A stretch of 64,000 nucleotides of DNA from Candidatus Dojkabacteria bacterium (GTDB lineage: Bacteria > Patescibacteriota > Dojkabacteria > J137): assembly GCA_041750555.1 (NCBI GenBank), contig JBGSZB010000016.1, positions 19,725-83,724 of the forward strand, written 5' to 3'. The number at the start of each line of letters is the position of its first letter. Positions within the stretch are counted from its first letter, which is position 1. The position numbers and the translations under genes are program-made. The notes beneath the pieces were generated by a model. That model ran no database searches. It worked only from the letters and a program-made list of their open reading frames with translations, and had not been told where the DNA came from. Shown one piece after another: positions 31,617 to 41,277 of the stretch.

Positions 31617-32051
31617 ATGAATAACAGAAGAATATCATTAATTAGACCATCACAAGTGTTTGATACATTCTTTGATGAGTTCTTTAATGCACCTAGTAGT
31701 AGTAACTTAAATACTGTATTTACAGATTCTATGGATGTAGATATGTATGAAGAAAAAGATAGTGTAGTAGTAGAAGCTAGAGTTCCTGGATTTAAAAAAA
31801 ATGATATTAATGTAAAGATAGAAGATAACATGTTAATTATTGAAGGTAGTAATAAACATGAAGAGGAAAGAAAGGATGGAAGGAAGTATCATATTAAAGA
31901 AGTAAGTTCTCAAAGTATTTATAGATCTATAATGCTTCCTCATAAGGTTGATTCTGATAAAACAGTAGCTGAATTTAAAAATGGTATATTAAAGATTATT
32001 ATGCCTAAAATGGGAGAAGGTAGAGCTAAGAGTATTTCAATTAATGAGTAA
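31617..32051 (+). CDS. Small heat shock protein (Hsp20/alpha-crystallin)
   Basis: VDMYEE..VVEARVPG, LIIEG, AEFKNGILKIIMPK. Confidence 0.93.
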   Translation: MNNRRISLIRPSQVFDTFFDEFFNAPSSSNLNTVFTDSMDVDMYEEKDSVVVEARVPGFKKNDINVKIEDNMLIIEGSNKHEEERKDGRKYHIKEVSSQSIYRSIMLPHKVDSDKTVAEFKNGILKIIMPKMGEGRAKSISINE

Positions 32052-32083
32052 TTAAAATACTTCTTAAAAAAGATTGAAGTTAA

Positions 32084-32842
32084 TTAATCTCCCAAAGTTT
32101 TCTTTGGGAGATTTCTAATATTTCTAGTAGCGTGTTTAACTATCCATTTAGTATTTACATTATCACTTTTACTCCATTCATTAATTACTTTAATAGCATA
32201 ATCATAGTTATCTTTAAGCATATCATTTAAGTTATTAGCTACTGATTTTTTAACAAAGAGTATATTATCTTCTTTTAAATTATTTATTACACTTAATACT
32301 AATTCTGGATTTTTTATACTCTCATCTAATTTAAAGCTCCATGGTAATCTAGATCTAACTCCTTCACTAGCTAATCTTCTAATATGAAAGTTAGAGTCCA
32401 ATGACCATTTTTTCATTAAGTTATATGTTTTCTTTGGATATTTTTTTAAAAATGGTCTAATTGCATATTCTCCAGTATTTCTTTTAGTTAATTCATATAT
32501 TGCATTTATACTTTCATCATAGTGATCTAATCCGTAAAGAATAATAAAAGTACTAATAGGGAGTAACCAATAATATTCTTTAAACATTCCAGTTTCTTTT
32601 AAATTTTCATTACCCATTATACTTATTAATATCTTAATAGCTTTAGAATATTCTTTAGGTAAATGTTTATGTAATGCTTTAGCTATTAATTCAACTCTAC
32701 CACTGTATTCTAGGTCTAAGTATTCCCTAGCTATGTAATTAATAAATGAAGTAGTATTAAATTCTGGATATTCCTTTATTATCTTTAAAGATAAATCTAT
32801 AGCTAATTGTGTATCAAACCAATCTTTTACTTTTTTAGTCAT
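32084..32842 (-). CDS. DNA alkylation repair protein (AlkC/AlkD-like HEAT repeat)
   Basis: TGEYAIRPF, HIRRLASEG.R.RLPW, VKKSVANNLND. Confidence 0.88.
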   Translation of the reverse strand: MTKKVKDWFDTQLAIDLSLKIIKEYPEFNTTSFINYIAREYLDLEYSGRVELIAKALHKHLPKEYSKAIKILISIMGNENLKETGMFKEYYWLLPISTFIILYGLDHYDESINAIYELTKRNTGEYAIRPFLKKYPKKTYNLMKKWSLDSNFHIRRLASEGVRSRLPWSFKLDESIKNPELVLSVINNLKEDNILFVKKSVANNLNDMLKDNYDYAIKVINEWSKSDNVNTKWIVKHATRNIRNLPKKTLGD

Positions 32843-32843
32843 A

Positions 32844-33254
32844 CTATTTTATACTAATTTCTTTATTTAATACTAAACCAGCTAATCTTGCATATTCTTC
32901 AAAATCAGGTATTAACTTATCTTCTTCTATCATCTTGTCATAAATTCTTTGCGAAGCATATCCATAAAAACCAAATCTTTCGAATCTGAAATTTGATATT
33001 TTAACTTCCTTCCCATACCTCCATAATAGATAAAGTAATCTGTGATTGCCTTCAGCAGCAAAGAATCTCTTTTTACCATTAATATCTGTTACTTCTGTTA
33101 TTAAGATATCTGTACTTGATACATCTAATGTATTATTACTTGTTATAGGTCCTTCATCCCATAAATGATAAGGTTGTCCATTAAAAACTTTTTGTAAACT
33201 AAAACTTCTAGGTAAATCATGAGGAATTATATCCATTACTCTTATAGGTTCCAT
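32844..33254 (-). CDS. Hypothetical protein with ParB/Srx-like motif
   Basis: FFAAEGNHRL resembles the ParB/Srx (D/E)GHHR motif. Confidence 0.5.
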   Translation of the reverse strand: MEPIRVMDIIPHDLPRSFSLQKVFNGQPYHLWDEGPITSNNTLDVSSTDILITEVTDINGKKRFFAAEGNHRLLYLLWRYGKEVKISNFRFERFGFYGYASQRIYDKMIEEDKLIPDFEEYARLAGLVLNKEISIK

Positions 33255-33313
33255 ATTTCTTAAACTAAATAGTTATATAATCTCATAAATATTGTATAAT
33301 TCAAATACCTTAA

Positions 33314-33403
33314 GGAGGGGTACCCAAGTGGCTCAAGGGGAGGGTTTGCTAAACCCTTAGTACGGAGTAATCCGTAGCGCAGGTTCGAATCCTGTTCCCT
33401 CCG
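33314..33403 (+). tRNA. tRNA-Ser(GCT), CCA not encoded
   Basis: Acceptor GGAGGGG/TCCCTCC; anticodon arm AGGGT-TTGCTAA-ACCCT; long variable arm TACGGA-GTAA-TCCGTA; GTTCGAATC. Confidence 0.95.
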
Positions 33404-33433
33404 TATTTTTCTAAAGACAGTTTAATTACCTAA

Positions 33434-34183
33434 ATGAGAAGACCCAGAGAAGATTTGATAGCTATTATAAATGATGCCAACTCATTATTGTACGATTCAT
33501 CAATTTATACAGTACTAGGGACAAATAACCCCTACGATGAGGTTTACGAAAATTTAACTGAAAAGGGATACTATCTTACTGCTTTCTCCGGCATGACGAT
33601 ACTAGGATTTTATTCAAGAATATTTTATATGATAAAACTATTTAAGCCTAAAGTATTATCTCCCAAACAAGTCAATGCACTAAATGAAATAAAGGAAATA
33701 GCTAAAAATAATAAAATTAAAGGACTTTGTTATATAAAAAATCCCGAATCTAATCTAACTAGTGATTTAGATCATTTTAGGAGTTTCATGAAGTACCTAT
33801 TGAATCAAGGATTGGATCTTGGATTAAACTCAAATAATTATGAATCTGCTTGGAAACAGTTTAGAAATACGATCGCTCATCTTGCTTTTCCAGGACTTCC
33901 AATCGGTGGGAAACATATACCTAAAGATGATAAGGATGCAATATTACGACTTGGACTACCTATATATGATGCCGAAAAAGCTTTTGATATACTTAGAAAA
34001 GGATCTAAACCAACAGATACTTTTACTTATACTGACGGTACGCTGCACCTAAACAGTTATGTTCTTATTTCATATATTCCTATAATTAGAAATCACTTAA
34101 TATCTATTGTAAATGATGTAAGTGAAGAGAAATGCCAATTTGCAATAGATGACTTAAAGGAAATCTGGAACAGACAAAAATAA
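33434..34183 (+). CDS. Hypothetical protein with HEPN-like RxxxxH motif
   Basis: QFRNTIAHL in a helical context; lies directly after the tRNA. Confidence 0.55.
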   Translation: MRRPREDLIAIINDANSLLYDSSIYTVLGTNNPYDEVYENLTEKGYYLTAFSGMTILGFYSRIFYMIKLFKPKVLSPKQVNALNEIKEIAKNNKIKGLCYIKNPESNLTSDLDHFRSFMKYLLNQGLDLGLNSNNYESAWKQFRNTIAHLAFPGLPIGGKHIPKDDKDAILRLGLPIYDAEKAFDILRKGSKPTDTFTYTDGTLHLNSYVLISYIPIIRNHLISIVNDVSEEKCQFAIDDLKEIWNRQK

Positions 34184-34277
34184 GAAATACACAAACAAAA
34201 TGCAATTTAGAAGATATTCTTAATAATTTGACCGGGACAATTTTTGTTTTATAATCACATATATTAATACATATAAC

Positions 34278-35219
34278 ATGACAAAACCTCTTTCAAAATT
34301 GGTTAAAGTAGAACTTAGGGAAGTATGGGGACATGAAGCTATAGATTTTACTAATTGGTTAGCAATGCAAGAGAATTTAGATATTTTAGGCAAAGAGATA
34401 GGAGTTGAGATTAAGCTTATAAAGACAGAGGCAAGTGTGGGTAAATTTAACGTTGATATATTAGCTGAAGAGGAGTCCTCTGGGAGAAAAATAATAATTG
34501 AAAATCAGCTCGAAGATACTAATCACGATCATTTAGGCAAAATTATTACTTATGCTTCAGGATATGACTCAGAAATTATTATATGGATTGTTAAAAATTT
34601 TAGAGACGAGCATAAGAAAGCAATTGAGTGGCTAAACGAGCATACAGATGAATCTATTAACTTCTTTTTAATAAAAGTTGAACTATGGCAAATAGATAAT
34701 TCATATCCAGCTCCAAAGTTCGAAATTATTTCAAATCCCAATGAGTGGGCTAAAGCAATTAAGACCATATCTCTTTCAGGTGAGTTAACGGAGACAAAAT
34801 TACAGCAACTAGGATTTTGGGATAAATTTAAAAATTATGTTAGGGAAAGAGATCAAAATATTAGGTTACAAACACCTCGACCTCAACATTGGTATGATGT
34901 AAGTATGGGAAGTTCTTATGGTCATGTTGCACTTACCTTAAATACTCGGGAGAACTTAATAGGATGTGAGGTCTATATCGATAGGAATAAAGATCTTTAT
35001 AAGTTCTTAATTGAAAAGAAAGAATTAATTGAAAGCGAAATTGGTGAATCTTTGAAGTGGGTCGATGCATCTGTAGCTTCAAGAATTAAAATAAAGAAAA
35101 AGATTTCAAACTTGTTCAATGATAATAGTAACGAAGAAAAATTTAAATGGATGTATGAAAAGACCATTCTTTTCCAAAAAGTTTTTATCAAACACTTTAA
35201 GGAATTTAAAAATGAATAA
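34278..35219 (+). CDS. DUF4268-domain protein with N-terminal PD-(D/E)xK/EndoMS-like nuclease fold
   Basis: LREVWGHEAIDFTNWL, VDILA...IIIENQLE.TNHDHLGK, PRPQHW. Confidence 0.85.
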   Translation: MTKPLSKLVKVELREVWGHEAIDFTNWLAMQENLDILGKEIGVEIKLIKTEASVGKFNVDILAEEESSGRKIIIENQLEDTNHDHLGKIITYASGYDSEIIIWIVKNFRDEHKKAIEWLNEHTDESINFFLIKVELWQIDNSYPAPKFEIISNPNEWAKAIKTISLSGELTETKLQQLGFWDKFKNYVRERDQNIRLQTPRPQHWYDVSMGSSYGHVALTLNTRENLIGCEVYIDRNKDLYKFLIEKKELIESEIGESLKWVDASVASRIKIKKKISNLFNDNSNEEKFKWMYEKTILFQKVFIKHFKEFKNE

Positions 35220-35760
35220 TATGACAATAGAAATAATCCAAGGTAACAAAGTAACTAATGAAGATTTAGAATTAATTAATAAATATAGAAAGATTAGATT
35301 ATCTAGAGATAGAGTATGGGATCATAAAATAAATAACGAATTCCATGATAGAACATTCTTTCTAGTTAGAGATAATAATCAATTAGTAGCATTTGGTACA
35401 TTAAGAGATATTAAGATATATATAAATGATATAGAAGTAACTATTAAAGGTATACAAGCAATAATATCAATAATACAAGGTATGGGTTATGGTAAATACT
35501 TAATGCAAAACATGATTAAATATGCAATTAATAATAATTTAATATTAATAGGATTTTGTGAAAGAAAGAATAAAGAATTTTATATTAAAAGTGGTTTAGA
35601 AGTATTTGAAGATAAAAACTTAAACTTTATATACATTAATGAAAAACTTGAAGAATATAGTGAAGAGGGAGATGTAATATATTATTCAAAGGAAAATAAC
35701 ATTGTAAGAGAAGCTATAGTTAGTAATATTAAGATTAAACACTTTATTCCCCATTGGTAA
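35212..35760 (+). CDS. GNAT-family acetyltransferase
   Basis: QGMGYGKYLM (motif A), EFYIKSG. Confidence 0.8.
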   Translation: MNNMTIEIIQGNKVTNEDLELINKYRKIRLSRDRVWDHKINNEFHDRTFFLVRDNNQLVAFGTLRDIKIYINDIEVTIKGIQAIISIIQGMGYGKYLMQNMIKYAINNNLILIGFCERKNKEFYIKSGLEVFEDKNLNFIYINEKLEEYSEEGDVIYYSKENNIVREAIVSNIKIKHFIPHW

Positions 35761-35769
35761 AACTGAATT

Positions 35770-35783
35770 TGTATTACAATACA
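35770..35783. promoter_or_regulatory. Palindromic candidate operator TGTATTACAATACA (copy 2)
   Basis: Upstream of the DUF3800 gene; reverse complement of copy 1. Confidence 0.5.
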
Positions 35784-35831
35784 ATGCAATTATTTAAGAA
35801 TCATTGTATAAATAAATATTTAAATTTACAA

Positions 35832-36611
35832 ATGACCACACTTAGTTTATATATAGATGAGACTGGTAATGATAATCCTTTAAACAAGCAATCTGAATAC
35901 TATATTCTTTGTGGAATAGTTGTGTTAAAAGATAAACAAGAGGATTTAAAAATCTTATCTGATCAAATTAAATTCAAATATTGGAATCGAACTAATATTG
36001 TTTTCCACTCTATAGATATTCAGAGGAATCAAAAAGATTTTATTCTTTTTAATCAAAACCCAACTTTTAAAGATGAATTTTTAAAGGATTTATTCAAACT
36101 TTTGAATAGTGGTCCCTTCAAAATACTCTCCTGTGTAGTTAATAAAGATAAAGCAAGAGAAAAAGGATGGAATAGAGTAAAAGTTTTACAAGAAACATCT
36201 AAGTCACTTTTTAAAAACTATCTTGTACTTTTAACCTCAATTAAAAATACAAATGGAAGAATTATTGTAGAAGCTAGTAGTTCGGAGAAGGATATCTTTT
36301 ACCTAAAAGCCTTAAGTTATTTTTTAACAAATGGTATTTATAGTTTAAAAATAGACTCTTCTATGGTTAGATCTAGATTAACTTCAATTTCATTTGTTTC
36401 TAAGAAAAATAATGACATTGAAGAACAGATAGCTGATTTAATAGCATATGGAATAAAATGTTACCTTGAATATGAAAAAGGGGAAATATTTCATAAAAAC
36501 TCTTATGAATACAAAATCTTACAAGTCGTTAAGTCTAAACTATATTCAAAACCTTCAAACACAAGAAAGAATTTATTAAATGAAGTGAATCCTTTAGAAC
36601 TTATTATATAG
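35832..36611 (+). CDS. DUF3800-family protein (RNase H-like fold)
   Basis: N-terminal LYIDETG, FHS, C-terminal EQIADLIAY. Confidence 0.88.
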   Translation: MTTLSLYIDETGNDNPLNKQSEYYILCGIVVLKDKQEDLKILSDQIKFKYWNRTNIVFHSIDIQRNQKDFILFNQNPTFKDEFLKDLFKLLNSGPFKILSCVVNKDKAREKGWNRVKVLQETSKSLFKNYLVLLTSIKNTNGRIIVEASSSEKDIFYLKALSYFLTNGIYSLKIDSSMVRSRLTSISFVSKKNNDIEEQIADLIAYGIKCYLEYEKGEIFHKNSYEYKILQVVKSKLYSKPSNTRKNLLNEVNPLELII

Positions 36612-36615
36612 ATAT

Positions 36616-36659
36616 AAAAAAACGAGATTGAGCCTAAACGGTCTCGCCCTCGCCTTTTA
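36616..36659 (+). ncRNA. Candidate DUF3800-associated structured RNA/ssDNA motif (strand uncertain)
   Basis: GC-rich CGAGATT...GGTCTCG / CGAG...CTCG hairpin just 3' of DUF3800 in AT-rich context. Confidence 0.5.
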
Positions 36660-36723
36660 TAAGAATATTATATCACCACAAACTTTTCATTTCAAACAAT
36701 AAAAAATATAATATAATTCACTA

Positions 36724-37461
36724 ATGAACATCCTAGAAAAAATAAAAGATAAATTACTTAAAGATCAGAAATATACAATAGTATTCTTTGGAGATTCAAC
36801 AATTTCTACAGAGTGGGTACATCCTAATACAAGAGAGATAATAGAATATGTATTAAAAGACACGTTAGAAAAGACAATGCAAGATTGGAGACTCCCTAAT
36901 TGGAATATTAGATTTATAAATGCAGCACTAAATGGTGGATCAACTAAAGATTTCTTAAAATATATGGTTAGTGAAATAGATGATTATAAACCAGATATGG
37001 TTATATTAATTGGAGGAGATAATGATTTAGAAGATAATGAAATAATTGATGATATTCATGCTAATAACTTAAATAAAATACTTACATTTCTAAAAAGTAG
37101 AGTAGAGGATGTTGTATATGCAACAGCTCTATACCATGCATTAATACCTAATAGAAATACTAGATATCTAAAGTTTTTAGAAAAGATTAAGAATTTAGAA
37201 ATTCTAAAAAGTATTCACTTTATTAATTTATATGATTTTTTTAACTACGAAGAATCTAATAGATTCTTTACATTTAAATTATCTAAGGAAGAAGCATATT
37301 TATTTAATTTGAGAGAGGGAGATATTGATCCATCACATATGAATCAATTAGGACAAGCATATGTGGCCTCTAGAATATTAAAAGAAATATTTAATATTGA
37401 ATTTGATCCAGAGAAATATATTAAAACTAATAATTTAGGGTATAAATATCCAGAATATTAA
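36724..37461 (+). CDS. SGNH/GDSL hydrolase
   Basis: FFGDST, NAALNGG, GGDND, DPSHMN. Confidence 0.85.
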   Translation: MNILEKIKDKLLKDQKYTIVFFGDSTISTEWVHPNTREIIEYVLKDTLEKTMQDWRLPNWNIRFINAALNGGSTKDFLKYMVSEIDDYKPDMVILIGGDNDLEDNEIIDDIHANNLNKILTFLKSRVEDVVYATALYHALIPNRNTRYLKFLEKIKNLEILKSIHFINLYDFFNYEESNRFFTFKLSKEEAYLFNLREGDIDPSHMNQLGQAYVASRILKEIFNIEFDPEKYIKTNNLGYKYPEY

Positions 37462-37551
37462 TAATCCCCATTGTTTAACTTCTCTAGAAGCTTAATTCCA
37501 ATTATTACGGATAAGTACTAAAATGTAGATATATTTTTAAAACATATATCT

Positions 37552-37953
37552 ATGAAAAAAGGGTTTTTTGCAAATATAGAGGAATTAACAATAAATAACT
37601 CTAACTTTAGACAAGTACTATACACTGGTAAATACTCCCAATTAGTATTAATGACTTTAAAGCCAGGAGAAGAAATTGGAATGGAAGTACATAATGGAAC
37701 AGATCAATTCTTTAGATTTGAAAGTGGAGAAGGTAAGGTAATTGTAAATGATAGTGAGTATATAGTTACAGATGGAGATTGTGTAGTAATACCAAGTGAT
37801 TGTAGCCATAACGTTATAAATACATCAAGTACAGTAGACTTAAAAATGTATACAATATATTCTCCATCACACCATAAGGATAAAGTAATACATCCAACAA
37901 AAACTGATGCATTAAATGACGATGAAGAGTTTGATAATGTTACCACTGAGTAA
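37552..37953 (+). CDS. Cupin-domain protein
   Basis: NFRQVLYTG..SQLVLM.L.PGEEIG.EVH, DQFF, HNVIN, YSPSHH. Confidence 0.92.
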   Translation: MKKGFFANIEELTINNSNFRQVLYTGKYSQLVLMTLKPGEEIGMEVHNGTDQFFRFESGEGKVIVNDSEYIVTDGDCVVIPSDCSHNVINTSSTVDLKMYTIYSPSHHKDKVIHPTKTDALNDDEEFDNVTTE

Positions 37954-37999
37954 TAATTATAGTTGTAGTGAGAATAATATTTTGCAATAATAGGCATGT

Positions 38000-40900
38000 A
38001 TGAAGATCCTAATAATTGAAAAGGACTTAATAGCGAGGCTTGTTATTAAGAATATAATATACAAAAGCTTAAGTGTTGATAGGAATCAATTAGACATATA
38101 TACAACCCCTAATCCACTACAAGGAATTGGAACATGTTTTGTAATTAATCCAGATATAATAATTTTTGATGAAAAAGAATATATAACTGATGATAAAAGT
38201 ATTAGTGAATATATCTCTTCAAATAAAAATATATTAATTAATTCACCAATAATAATTAAAAACTTCTCTAGATTTACTGAAGATCGTAACTATGTAGAAC
38301 ACTATTCACAATTCTTAGAGGCTAAATTAAAAGAATTTAACTTAAGTAATGGTTTAAAAATAGATACTATTGAAAAAATATTACTTAAGTTACTGTATCC
38401 ATCTAAAAAAGAAAAAAGATATAAGAATAATATTTTAAATAAATCGTATATAGTTTTAAATAACCTTTATTTAGATTTATTAACTGGTGTATATAGATTA
38501 CTTTGGGATAGGAAAGAAATTGAGAGAGATGATTTAACAGTAACTTATGAAAAGAAAACATTTAATCAAAGAATTTATCCTAAGCTATTTATAGCGTCCT
38601 CTATTACTCTATCTATACTTTTAAATGTATCGCTATCTCTTCTTCCAATACTTGGATTAGGATACTTATCACAAAGAGATGCTACAGCTCAGATTACTGA
38701 TAACTGTATAGCTATAGATAAAGACTTTAATCAAGAAATAGGTTTAATAGATTTAGCAAGTATTGCAACTAAATACAATGATGAATGTGTTAATACAAGT
38801 TATCATTGGGGATGTGGTTCTATGGATAGCAATAGTGATAGTAGTGTAGATGTAATAGATTTAGCATATTTAGTTCAAAGATATAATCAAAGTTGTTTTA
38901 AAGGTGGTGAATGGTTTGTTTCAACCACTGGAAGTCCTACAGGAGATGGAAGTATAGATGATCCATGGGATATTGCTACAGGGTTAAATAGTTTTAATAC
39001 AATTCAACCTGGAGATACATTATGGTTAAGAGGTGGAACTTACGGAACTGGAGCGGGAACTATTTATCAAACTAAATTAATAGGTACAGAAGAAAGTCCA
39101 ATCGTTATTAAAAGTTATCCAAATGAATGGGCTGTAATAGATGGAGGAATACAACAAGTAGCGCTATCTGGAGCTGCACATATGTGGTTTTGGGGATTTG
39201 AAGTAACTAATTCAAGTATAGTAAGGCCAATAGATAATGTAAGTGCATTTAGATCTGCAGGATTTGATCTTCATGGTCCTGGTACAAAAGTAATAAATCT
39301 ATATATAAATAATACTGGACATCCCTCTATTGGTTTCTGGGATAGAATTGAAGATGGGGGAGAGGTATATGGGACAGTATCTTGGGGGGCAGGGGTTAGA
39401 GATGATACTCCAGAGTACGGAGGAGCTTGGAGAGGAGCTTCAATTTATGGACAAAACACTATTGGAAATAGAAATATTGAAAACAATATATTCTTTTCTA
39501 ATTCAACTACAGGTTTAAGTACTCACGGTGTTGATGGACATGTTAATAACTTTACATATAGATATAATTCAGTATTTAACAACAACCAAGCTGATTTAAT
39601 AGCCTACAGTACAAATCACGGAGCATCAGGATTAGTAATTGATAATAATAGTTTTTATTCTGAAAGAGGAATGGCTGTAGGAAGTATGCTAATTGGAACT
39701 TTTGGAAATAATTACGATGCAACAATTACAAATAATATAGTTTTTAACCCATACAAAGGAATATATTTTAGAAAATATGAAACAATAAATTTAACTAATA
39801 ACTTAATTATCTCTGATACCGACTTAGTAATTCAAGATAGTTCAGTTACAACATATAACTCAAGTAACAACAAATTTATATCTAGAGGTGGATCAATATT
39901 AAAACTTGATGGTGTAAGTTCAAGAACATTTAGTGCTCTAACTACACATTTATCAGATTCAACCTCAACTTACTCTAGATATATAGATGAAAGCAATAAA
40001 GTACTATTAAAACCTAATAAGTATGAATATGGGAAAGCTCATTTAACTGTATATAACTTTGAAAATAAGATTACTGAGAGCATTAATCCTTCAACTTTTT
40101 TATCGTATGGTGATTACTACATTGTAAGAGATGTACTAGATTACGATAATCCAATAATAAAAGGTAGATATTTAGGTAGTAATATAACTATTCCTCTACA
40201 TCTATATGTTTATCAACCAATTACAGGAACAGTATTTAATGCTAATCATAAGCACTTTGCTCCTATGTTTAATAACTATTCAATAGAGAGAGTAAACTCT
40301 AGTAGTGGGAATAAAGTAAATGCCCCAGTATTAGTGGGAGATCTTGAATACTCAACATCTGTTTATTCTGTAGAATTAACTTCAACTACACCTAATGCCC
40401 TAATATATTACACAACAGATGGAAGTGAACCAACAACATCCAGCACTCTATACTCTGGGGCGTTTAATATCTCAAGCACTGTAGAGATTAAAGCAATAGC
40501 AGTATTAGACGGTTATGAAGATAGTACAAAGGTAAAATACAATATATATAAAATTGATTTAGAGGATGGATTAAAAGGATATTACAAACTAGATGAAGAG
40601 AGTGGTACAACAGTACTAAACTCATCTAACGATCCATCTAAATTCCCTGTAGGTACAACAGTTGGAACAGGTATTGAAAGAATAAGTGGAATTGATGGAG
40701 GTGCATATAGACTAGATGGAGCGGGGAGTTACTTTAACGTGTTATCAGTTTCAGGATTAACAGAAGCTTATTCAATATCAGGGTGGGCAAAATTAAGTGG
40801 TAATTCAGGAACCTTACTAAACATAGGATCAAGTGCATGGAGTACTGTAAACTTTAGATTAACCCTAACAGCATCTACTAATATGGTAAACAATATGACT

Positions 40901-41209
40901 CATTTTCCTGGAGATTTCTCTGGAACTGGAGTAGAAAGTAATAATTGTAACAGTGTAACTGAATGGAACTTTTATACTGTAACTTTTGATGGAACAAGTC
41001 AAAGAATATATTGTAATGGAATATTTAAAAGTATAACAACAAGAGAGGATGGCCCCCTAGTTGCGGGAACCCGAACAACTATGAATGTTGGATTTAATGG
41101 ATTTGACCAATCGTTTACTGGAGATATTGATGAGATAAGGATATATAATAGAACTCTAAACGAAAGAGAGGTTTATTCATTATTTAATCAATTTAAAGAC
41201 CAAATTTAA
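38000..41209 (+). CDS. Multidomain membrane protein: receiver-like N-terminus, TM, dockerin-like pair, right-handed beta-helix, chitobiase/FN3-like, LamG
   Basis: MKILIIEKD...PDIIIFD; TM about aa 195-222; DSNSDSSVDVID; GDGSIDDPW..PGDTLWLRGGTY; IYYTTDGSEPT; FTGDIDEIRIYNRTL. Confidence 0.75.
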   Translation: MKILIIEKDLIARLVIKNIIYKSLSVDRNQLDIYTTPNPLQGIGTCFVINPDIIIFDEKEYITDDKSISEYISSNKNILINSPIIIKNFSRFTEDRNYVEHYSQFLEAKLKEFNLSNGLKIDTIEKILLKLLYPSKKEKRYKNNILNKSYIVLNNLYLDLLTGVYRLLWDRKEIERDDLTVTYEKKTFNQRIYPKLFIASSITLSILLNVSLSLLPILGLGYLSQRDATAQITDNCIAIDKDFNQEIGLIDLASIATKYNDECVNTSYHWGCGSMDSNSDSSVDVIDLAYLVQRYNQSCFKGGEWFVSTTGSPTGDGSIDDPWDIATGLNSFNTIQPGDTLWLRGGTYGTGAGTIYQTKLIGTEESPIVIKSYPNEWAVIDGGIQQVALSGAAHMWFWGFEVTNSSIVRPIDNVSAFRSAGFDLHGPGTKVINLYINNTGHPSIGFWDRIEDGGEVYGTVSWGAGVRDDTPEYGGAWRGASIYGQNTIGNRNIENNIFFSNSTTGLSTHGVDGHVNNFTYRYNSVFNNNQADLIAYSTNHGASGLVIDNNSFYSERGMAVGSMLIGTFGNNYDATITNNIVFNPYKGIYFRKYETINLTNNLIISDTDLVIQDSSVTTYNSSNNKFISRGGSILKLDGVSSRTFSALTTHLSDSTSTYSRYIDESNKVLLKPNKYEYGKAHLTVYNFENKITESINPSTFLSYGDYYIVRDVLDYDNPIIKGRYLGSNITIPLHLYVYQPITGTVFNANHKHFAPMFNNYSIERVNSSSGNKVNAPVLVGDLEYSTSVYSVELTSTTPNALIYYTTDGSEPTTSSTLYSGAFNISSTVEIKAIAVLDGYEDSTKVKYNIYKIDLEDGLKGYYKLDEESGTTVLNSSNDPSKFPVGTTVGTGIERISGIDGGAYRLDGAGSYFNVLSVSGLTEAYSISGWAKLSGNSGTLLNIGSSAWSTVNFRLTLTASTNMVNNMTHFPGDFSGTGVESNNCNSVTEWNFYTVTFDGTSQRIYCNGIFKSITTREDGPLVAGTRTTMNVGFNGFDQSFTGDIDEIRIYNRTLNEREVYSLFNQFKDQI

Positions 41210-41277
41210 ATTCTAGTGAGAATCTTTAACCCTGCAATGATATAATCTATGCTGTTAATTTATTAATTAAGATTAAG

